Source: Thermomicrobiaceae bacterium (GTDB lineage Bacteria > Chloroflexota > Chloroflexia > Thermomicrobiales > Thermomicrobiaceae). Taken from it: 62,399 nucleotides of DNA. The stretch is from assembly GCA_035702805.1 (NCBI GenBank), contig DASSZN010000097.1:1-62399 (forward strand). The letters are read 5' to 3'. The notes below the pieces were generated by a model. It saw only the letters and a program-made list of their open reading frames with translations, was not told the DNA's origin and searched no databases. Position 1 is the stretch's first letter. Every line of letters begins with the position of its first letter. A program made the translations under genes and the position numbers. This document shows positions 56,536 to 62,399 of the stretch, one piece after another.

Positions 56536-57063
56536 ATGGGACGTCAGCAGGGTGGACAGGGCAGTTTTGGCGTGGGCTTCATGCTCGGGGCGATCGCCGG
56601 CGCCGGGGTGATGTTCGTCCTCGATCCGCTAGCGGGGCACCGCCGGCGCTCGCTGGCGCGGGACCAGGTGGCGCGGCTCGGCAACGGCGTCGACACGCTG
56701 ATCACCGAGTCGCTGCCCGGCAAGGTCGACTACCTGGCCGGAGTGGCGCGCGGCGCGCTCCACCAGGTCGCCGGAGCGACCGACCAGCAACTCCCGGACG
56801 AGGATCGCTTCATTACCGACCGGGTGATGAGCATGGTCTTCCGGGACCCTTCCCTACCGAAGGGCGGGGTGAACGTCAACACCGTCGATCAGGTCGTCTA
56901 CCTGCACGGGCACGTCGACGATGCTGCCGTCGCGGCGGAGATCGAGCGTCGCGTGCGCGACGTCCCCGGCGTCCGCGACGTCGTCAACGTGATCAACCGG
57001 CCCGACGTCGACCCGAGCGGGGTGCGCGCGAATCAGGTGCGCCAGGAGGAGAAGCGCTCCTGA
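56536..57063 (+). CDS. BON-domain protein with N-terminal hydrophobic/YtxH-like segment
   Basis: GAGGAGG SD. Motif VNVNTVDQVVYLHGHVDDAAVAAEIERRVRDVPGVRDVVNVI. Confidence 0.7.
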   Translation: MGRQQGGQGSFGVGFMLGAIAGAGVMFVLDPLAGHRRRSLARDQVARLGNGVDTLITESLPGKVDYLAGVARGALHQVAGATDQQLPDEDRFITDRVMSMVFRDPSLPKGGVNVNTVDQVVYLHGHVDDAAVAAEIERRVRDVPGVRDVVNVINRPDVDPSGVRANQVRQEEKRS

Positions 57064-57154
57064 CCGGTCGCGTTCCGGCTGGCACAATCGTCAGACCAGG
57101 GGACCGCTCCTTACGGTCCCCGTCGCGTGCCCGTGCCGGAGACAGGAGGAGAGC

Positions 57155-57844
57155 ATGCTCGCGCAGCCGCCACGGCGCTGGACGGTCTTCACCCGCTCGG
57201 TCGTCTCAGCCGTCGGCAATCCCGACGCGTACCTCTTCCGCGCGCTCGGTGACGCGCTTGCCGCGGCCGGGTACGACGCGCTCTTCTTCGAGGACCGTGC
57301 GAACCCCGCCGCGGTTGAACTGCTGCGTGTGCGCGGCGCGCGAGCTCTCGACGACCTCCGCGCGCGGCACCCGTCGCTCCACTACCGCACCGTGCAGCCG
57401 CGTGGCGGGCTCGAGCTCGCCGAGTGGCTGGGCGGCGTGCTCGCCACGGCCGACATCGCGATCGTGCAGCACGACGCACCGGCCGAGCTCGCGCGGGCGG
57501 TCGGCCGCCTGACGCGCCCCCACCTGCAGACCTTCCTGCTCGACAGCGGGCTCGGTGTCCCTCTCGACGAGTCGGCGGTAGCCGAGCGTCATCCGGAGCG
57601 GCTCTCGGGAGTCTTCGTGGGCCGAGCGAACGCGGCGGACGCCTACGCGGCCATCGTCTCACCGGATCGCCTGCACCGCTTCGGCCCGCCAGAGGTCGAC
57701 GATGGGCCCCTCGACGATGGGGCACCGGGGATCGTCGCGACCGCCGACGAACTGGTCCTGGCGATCGCGCGGCTGGCCGCGGGCGAGCGCGGCACCGTAC
57801 CGGGGACGAACGGCACCTCCGGCGGGTCCGGGGCAGAGCGCTAG
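57155..57844 (+). CDS. hypothetical protein (229 aa)
   Basis: AGGAGGAG SD 3 nt upstream. Good GC3. No family recognised. Confidence 0.5.
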   Translation: MLAQPPRRWTVFTRSVVSAVGNPDAYLFRALGDALAAAGYDALFFEDRANPAAVELLRVRGARALDDLRARHPSLHYRTVQPRGGLELAEWLGGVLATADIAIVQHDAPAELARAVGRLTRPHLQTFLLDSGLGVPLDESAVAERHPERLSGVFVGRANAADAYAAIVSPDRLHRFGPPEVDDGPLDDGAPGIVATADELVLAIARLAAGERGTVPGTNGTSGGSGAER

Positions 57845-58071
57845 GCGGGGATCGGTCGGATGCCGCAGGACATCCCGACTTCCCGCGTGCGACGCAGGAG
57901 CGCCTCGTACTCGTCCTCGATGAGCGTGAAGGTGTCGTTGCAGTCAGGGCACGTCACCACGTAGACGCAGTCGCCCCGCATCTCGCACCACTCGGTCACG
58001 TCGCCGTAGATCCCCTTGCCGCACAGGTGCGCGAGGATCGTCTCAACCAGCGTCTGCTCGTGGTCGGCCAT
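57841..58071 (-). CDS. small Cys-rich (putative Zn-binding) hypothetical protein
   Basis: ATG at 58071 with GGAGGG 4 nt upstream. Cys pattern C-x12-C-x6-C-x6-CPDC. Confidence 0.45.
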   Translation of the reverse strand: MADHEQTLVETILAHLCGKGIYGDVTEWCEMRGDCVYVVTCPDCNDTFTLIEDEYEALLRRTREVGMSCGIRPIPA

Positions 58072-58119
58072 GAGACCCTCCGTCATCGTAGCCGTGAGCT
58101 GTTAGCGAAAAGTAATCGC

Positions 58120-58148
58120 AGTCTAGCTCGAGATACTTCTTCGCGCAA
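58120..58148 (-). promoter_or_regulatory. candidate promoter TTGCGC-17-TAGACT
   Basis: Minus-strand reading within the AT-richer island 58095..58170, upstream of the Cys-rich gene. Confidence 0.25.
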
Positions 58149-58287
58149 GTACCGTGCCGATAATTGCCTGTGACTGCGTTCCGTCCATCACGTCTGCGCG
58201 AGGGGCACGCTGCCGATGCTGGCTGCGCGGGGCGTGCTCGCGTAGGATCTGCGCGGAGTCTCGACGCACCGGTGGGGAGCGTGCCGC

Positions 58288-59265
58288 GTGACAACGGCTG
58301 CGGGTTGGGGCGCGATGCGGGTGGTCGCGCTGGCGGGGGGCGTCGGCGGCGCCAAACTGGCGCACGGCCTGGCGCTTGCCGGTCTCGGCGACCGGCTGAG
58401 CGTCGTCGTCAACACCGCCGACGACTTCACCCTCTTCGGCCTGCACATCTCGCCGGACCTCGACACCGTGATGTACACGCTGGCCGGGCTGGCCAACCCG
58501 GAGACGGGTTGGGGCCTCCGCGACGACGGCTTCGCCGCGCTGGAGATGATCCGAAGCTACGGACGCGACCCCTGGTTCTGGGTCGGCGATCGCGACTTCG
58601 CCACCCACATCCTGCGCAGCGAGGCACTCCGCCTCGGCGAGCGGCTCACCGCGGTGACGCGGCTGCTGGCGGCCTCGCTCGGGGTCGAGGCCGCGATCCT
58701 GCCCATGACCGACAGCCCGGTCGCGACCATGGTCCGTACCCCGGACGGCGAACTCGACTTCCAGGACTACTTCGTCCGGCGCGGCCACCGGGACGAGGTC
58801 CTGGGCGTCCGTCTCGAGGGCATCGAGTCGGCCCGTCCGACCGCGGAGGTCGACGCCGCGATCGACGCCGCGGACGCCATCGTCCTCTGCCCCTCGAACC
58901 CGATCGTCAGCATCGGACCGATCCTCGCCGTGGCCGGCGTACGCGAGCGGCTCCACGCCTCCGGCGTTCCGGTCGTCGCCGTGAGCCCGATCGTCGGCGG
59001 CCAGGCCCTCAAAGGCCCGGCCGATCGCATGCTGGCGGACCTGGGCCAGGAGGTCTCGGCGGCGGGTGTGGCCACGCTCTTCGCCGACCTCCTCGACGGC
59101 ATGGTCGTCGACACCCAGGACGCGGCGCTGGCCCCCCGCATCGCGGCGCTCGGCCTGGCCGTCCACGTCACCGACACCGTCATGCGAGCCGACGACGACC
59201 GGCTTCGCCTCGCCCGCGAGACGCTGGCGTTCGCCGGGAGCCTGGTGGAGCGGGCCGGGCGATGA
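58288..59265 (+). CDS. cofD: 2-phospho-L-lactate (or EPPG) transferase, F420 biosynthesis
   Basis: GTG with GGGGAG 8 nt upstream (alternative ATG 58315). Motifs [25 protein letters not shown]. Confidence 0.85.
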   Translation: MTTAAGWGAMRVVALAGGVGGAKLAHGLALAGLGDRLSVVVNTADDFTLFGLHISPDLDTVMYTLAGLANPETGWGLRDDGFAALEMIRSYGRDPWFWVGDRDFATHILRSEALRLGERLTAVTRLLAASLGVEAAILPMTDSPVATMVRTPDGELDFQDYFVRRGHRDEVLGVRLEGIESARPTAEVDAAIDAADAIVLCPSNPIVSIGPILAVAGVRERLHASGVPVVAVSPIVGGQALKGPADRMLADLGQEVSAAGVATLFADLLDGMVVDTQDAALAPRIAALGLAVHVTDTVMRADDDRLRLARETLAFAGSLVERAGR

Positions 59266-59870
59266 CCACGGTCGCCGTCGTGCCGGTGCAGCGACTGGAG
59301 TCGGCCAAGACGCGGCTCGCCGGCCTGCTGTCGCCCGACGCTCGAGCCCGCCTCGTCCTCGGCCTGCTCGAGCGCGTCGTCGGAGCAGCGCGGCGCGCGG
59401 CGCTGGTCGACATGGTCGTGGTCGTCTCTCCCGATCCCGTCGTGCTCGCGCGCGCCGACGGGCTCGGCGTCGGAGGTCTGCGGCAGGACGGCCGGGGCCT
59501 GAACGCGGCGATCGCGCTCGGGCGTGCCGCGGCGCTCCGGGAGGGCGCCGATACGCTGTTGGTCCTGCTCGGAGACCTGCCCCTGGTCACCGCGTCGGAC
59601 ATCGACGCGCTGGTTGCCGCCTGCGACGAGCCGGGCGTGGTCCTGGCACCGGACCGGCACGGTCGGGGCACGAACGCGCTGGCGGTACGGCCGCCGGCCG
59701 CCCTCGAGCCCTCCTTTGGCGAGGACAGCCTGGAGCGACACCGGCGGGCCGCCGCGGCGCGCGGACTCGCCGTGTGCGAGTATCACGCGCGCGGCACCGC
59801 CCTCGACCTCGACACCGCCCTGGACCTCGAGTTGCTGAATCAGACCGGGGTGGTCGACGTTGCCCGCTGA
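59262..59870 (+). CDS. cofC: F420 biosynthesis guanylyltransferase (CofC/FbiD)
   Basis: ATGA overlap with the cofD stop. Motifs VAVVPVQRLESAKTRL, GDLPLV, DRHGRGTNAL. Confidence 0.8.
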   Translation: MTTVAVVPVQRLESAKTRLAGLLSPDARARLVLGLLERVVGAARRAALVDMVVVVSPDPVVLARADGLGVGGLRQDGRGLNAAIALGRAAALREGADTLLVLLGDLPLVTASDIDALVAACDEPGVVLAPDRHGRGTNALAVRPPAALEPSFGEDSLERHRRAAAARGLAVCEYHARGTALDLDTALDLELLNQTGVVDVAR

Positions 59871-60561
59871 CTATGATGCCGCCCCCAAGCCGGCCGGGGC
59901 GTCGCTCCCGCGCCATGACCCGGTACTGCCCGACGGCGGCACGCCCGCTGAGCGCCGGCTCGACCTGGATGCGCTCGTCCGCGGACGGCGCTCGGTCCGG
60001 CATCTGCGGCCGGACCCGGTACCGCGCGACCTGGTGGAGCGAGTGATCGACGCGGCCGGCTGGGCGCCATCGCCGCATGGTACCCAACCCTGGCGGTTCG
60101 CCGTGCTCACGGATCTCGCCATCAAGACCCGGCTCGCCGACGCCATGGCCGACGCCTGGGTCCACAACCTCGCCATGGACGGACAGGAGCCGGAGGTCAT
60201 CGCACGCCGCCTCGCCGGCTCCCGGCGCCGCATGCTCGAGGCGCCCGTCCTGATCATTGTCTGTCTCTACCGGGAGGATCTCGACCGCTACCCCGACCCG
60301 GAGCGTCAGGCCGCGGAGACGACCATGGCGATCCAGAGCCTGGGAGCGGCCGTCCAGAATGCGCTGCTCACGGCCTACCGCCTGGGACTCGACGCGGGCT
60401 GGATGTGCGCGCCGCTCTTCTGCCCGGACGTCGTCCGCGACGCGCTCGGGCTGGCAGACACGCTCACGCCGCACGCGCTCGTCGCGCTGGGCTACGCCGC
60501 CGCCGATCCACGGCGGCGGCCACGCCGGACGCTGTCCGAGTTGATCGTGCTGTACGAGTGA
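59860..60561 (+). CDS. stand-alone nitroreductase-fold protein resembling the FbiB C-terminal (dehydro-F420-0 reductase) domain
   Basis: TTG start overlapping cofC by 11 nt, with GGGGTGG upstream. Motifs RRSVRHLRPDPVPRDLVERVI, PSPHGTQPWRF, and the GYAA tail. Confidence 0.65.
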   Translation: MPADYDAAPKPAGASLPRHDPVLPDGGTPAERRLDLDALVRGRRSVRHLRPDPVPRDLVERVIDAAGWAPSPHGTQPWRFAVLTDLAIKTRLADAMADAWVHNLAMDGQEPEVIARRLAGSRRRMLEAPVLIIVCLYREDLDRYPDPERQAAETTMAIQSLGAAVQNALLTAYRLGLDAGWMCAPLFCPDVVRDALGLADTLTPHALVALGYAAADPRRRPRRTLSELIVLYE

Positions 60562-60679
60562 GTGATCGCGTTGGTGATCGTTGGTGAAGTCGACCGATGA
60601 CGGTCATCGGGGAGGCTCCGGACCGACGCGCACCCGAGCGAGAGACGACGAGCGTCATCGAGCCCGGGTGCGCGCCGCG

Positions 60680-61021
60680 CTATCCCTCGTCCGCTGACTC
60701 CGCCCCCTCCTCGGCGCCGACGGTGATCCGTCCGGTCGCCGCCAGCCAGGACAGGAAGCACCACCACTGCAACTCGCGGTCTGTCGGCTGGTAGCCGGCG
60801 TACGCGCGCTTCGTCGTGCTGCTCGCGTCGAACCGCCAGCGTGTCCCGTCCCAGACGTAGCCCGGCGGCGGCCAGTCGCCGCGCTGGCGCATCTGCCACG
60901 ACAGGGCACACTGGACGCACAGCGTCCGGGTGGCCACCTGGCGTGCTCCGCTCGCCGGCACGACCCGTCCACACGCCTCACAGTAGTGGATCCCGCCCTC
61001 GTTGATCTGGTTGCTTTCCAT
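60680..61021 (-). CDS. zinc-ribbon hypothetical protein
   Basis: CEACG...CVQC pattern. Trp-rich C-terminal half. Start is ATG 61021 or 61045. Confidence 0.45.
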   Translation of the reverse strand: MESNQINEGGIHYCEACGRVVPASGARQVATRTLCVQCALSWQMRQRGDWPPPGYVWDGTRWRFDASSTTKRAYAGYQPTDRELQWWCFLSWLAATGRITVGAEEGAESADEG

Positions 61022-61184
61022 TGTGTGTTCCACCATTCGGTCCACGCTTGCGCGCTCCGCCCGGCCGGTGGTGCCTCCGCCGGCTGGTGCCCATCCGCCT
61101 GCCTAGATGCAGGACGCGTTCCACCGGGCCATTTCCGGGTGTGGGACGCTCCGGGAGCGTCCGTGCCGCGGCGTGGCTGGGGGC

Positions 61185-62216
61185 TCAGTCGCGGTCGCGT
61201 ACGAGCGGGAGCGTCGAGCAGTGGACCCCGCCGCCGTTCTTGAGGACCTCGTCGTAGGGGATCTCGACCGTCTCGATCCCGGCCGCGTTGAGGCGCTCGA
61301 CGGTGCGCGGGCAGCCGCTCACCATGATCACCCGGCCGGGGCGGACCGCCAGGCAGTTGATCGCCCTGCGATCGGTCGGCCAGATCGGGATCGCCTGGAT
61401 GCCCAGGTCCTTCAGCGTGTCGAGGAACCAGTAGGGAAGCTGGGGGATGTTTATCAGTGCCTTGTCGTGGTCCACCATCATGAAGGCGCCGTCGAGGTGC
61501 ATCGCGAACCCGGTCAGCGGAACCCGGATCAGCCGGATCCCCTGCTCGTCCAGCACGTGCTCCAGCTGACGCACGCCGGACTCGTTCTGCCGCGGAGCCA
61601 TGCCCACGGCCGCGGTCGTCTCGTTCAGGAGCGCGAACGACCCGCCCTCGAGCAGTCCGGTCCCCTGGATCGTCAGCAGGATCGGCATGCCGAGCCCCGC
61701 CAGGAGCCGCGTCGCGTACAGCTCCTCGCCGCGCCGACCGTAGTCCTGCCCCTTGCTCACCAGGCCCATCCGGCAGACGACGGCGCCGCCCCGCAGGACG
61801 ATAGCGGTGTCCCGCTGGAAGATCGCGTGGCAGTCGCGCGCCGGCGCGTCGTTGTAGACGACCTCGACGCCCTCATCGCGCAGCACGGCGACCAGCCCGT
61901 CGTGCTCCTGCTGCATCCGGGCGAGGTCCGGCCCGCTCGAGTCGCGCCAGTACCACTGCTGCTCGTCGTCGATGTAGGCGCCGATCGACGGGTCGAACCG
62001 GTTCATGTCGATCACCCGGATCTCATCGCCCGGCCGGTGGACGGCGACGAGCCGGAGCCGGCCCACGTCGTTGAAGACGCCCCAGCGACGGCCCCAGACG
62101 CGCTCCTGCATCGCGGGCGCGTCAAAGGCCGGCTCCGCGCGGGGCGGTACCCGCTCCAGGATCAGGTGGTAGTACGCGTCGGAGTCGCGGAAGCCTTCCG
62201 GCAAGTCGCGCGCCAT
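61185..62216 (-). CDS. amidinotransferase-fold guanidino-group-modifying enzyme (arginine deiminase/DDAH-like)
   Basis: GGGGAGGGG SD. C-terminal GGGVHCSTLPL catalytic-Cys motif and MHLDGAF. Confidence 0.7.
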   Translation of the reverse strand: MARDLPEGFRDSDAYYHLILERVPPRAEPAFDAPAMQERVWGRRWGVFNDVGRLRLVAVHRPGDEIRVIDMNRFDPSIGAYIDDEQQWYWRDSSGPDLARMQQEHDGLVAVLRDEGVEVVYNDAPARDCHAIFQRDTAIVLRGGAVVCRMGLVSKGQDYGRRGEELYATRLLAGLGMPILLTIQGTGLLEGGSFALLNETTAAVGMAPRQNESGVRQLEHVLDEQGIRLIRVPLTGFAMHLDGAFMMVDHDKALINIPQLPYWFLDTLKDLGIQAIPIWPTDRRAINCLAVRPGRVIMVSGCPRTVERLNAAGIETVEIPYDEVLKNGGGVHCSTLPLVRDRD

Positions 62217-62399
62217 GTCCCCTCCCCTGCCTGACCCCGTATCTCGCTGAAGCTGTTAGCGGGCCAACTGGTCCGCGGTCGGCTCCGCTCAGCAGAACCA
62301 CGACTCGGTCAGCCGGGGCGGACGGCGACGCATCCGGCCGGACAGCCGTGGCGGCGGGGCATCCCATCCGGCGGCTGCCCAGGCCGCCGCCTTGATCGC

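Noticed and set aside
62289-62399. Possible 3' end of a minus-strand gene running off the window (...AIKAAAWAAAGWDAPPPRLSGRMRRRPPRLTESWFC, stop at 62289..62291).
   Set aside because: Only 36 codons are visible and there is no recognisable motif. GC3 bias alone is insufficient in this genome.

Overview
Very GC-rich bacterial window (GC not computed, third codon positions are overwhelmingly G/C). It is densely coding on both strands: I support about 60 CDS. I found no rRNA, tRNA, CRISPR array, transposase or integrase. Many long ORFs in the six-frame track are alternate-frame or antisense artefacts of the GC bias. I chose real genes by recognisable protein families, Shine-Dalgarno-like motifs and operon geometry, and trimmed several track starts to in-frame starts with an SD.

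Content, left to right:
- tandem DUF998 membrane paralogues, an M20 amidohydrolase and a tandem-Usp protein
- an OmpR-type regulator with a cytoplasmic GAF-PAS histidine kinase, then an AsnC regulator with a class-III aminotransferase
- a six-gene stressosome-type partner-switching operon (9986-13366, minus strand) headed by a histidine kinase with an RsbU-N-like domain
- parA-parB, preceded by two tiny independent minus-strand transcription units
- a 1003-aa anti-sigma-like (zf-HC2), TM and beta-propeller protein
- an envelope cluster: sortase, Ser/Thr kinase with a Pro-Thr repeat, and lgt
- fabD-fabF, yhhQ, ftsH, an M24 peptidase, metG, a 2-hydroxyacid dehydrogenase, and a cysteine desulfurase followed by an HExxH protein
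- divergent NhaP and ClC transporters, map, an orphan CheY and an HD-domain hydrolase
- proline dehydrogenase, then a protein resembling phage thymidine-hypermodification enzymes
- TerC with a translationally coupled small ORF, a second M20 enzyme, a Cys-less cupredoxin-like Tat lipoprotein and RidA
- polyprenyl-phosphate mannose synthase, a glutamine-synthetase-family protein, a GDE-type glucosidase, a GT4 and a BON protein
- an F420 block (cofD, cofC, stand-alone FbiB-C-like nitroreductase) and an amidinotransferase-fold enzyme

Gene content suggests Chloroflexota/Thermomicrobia-like or actinobacterial ancestry, but that is inference only.

Most interesting:
- the stressosome-to-histidine-kinase module, with a sensor-less RsbR and an extra kinase-like paralogue
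- the terminator-bounded micro-transcripts upstream of parAB
- the anti-sigma fusion with a sigma-region-4-like segment and no sigma gene beside it
- the cellular homologue of thymidine-hypermodification proteins
- the split F420 pathway arrangement

All family calls come from reading motifs by eye. No database search was run.
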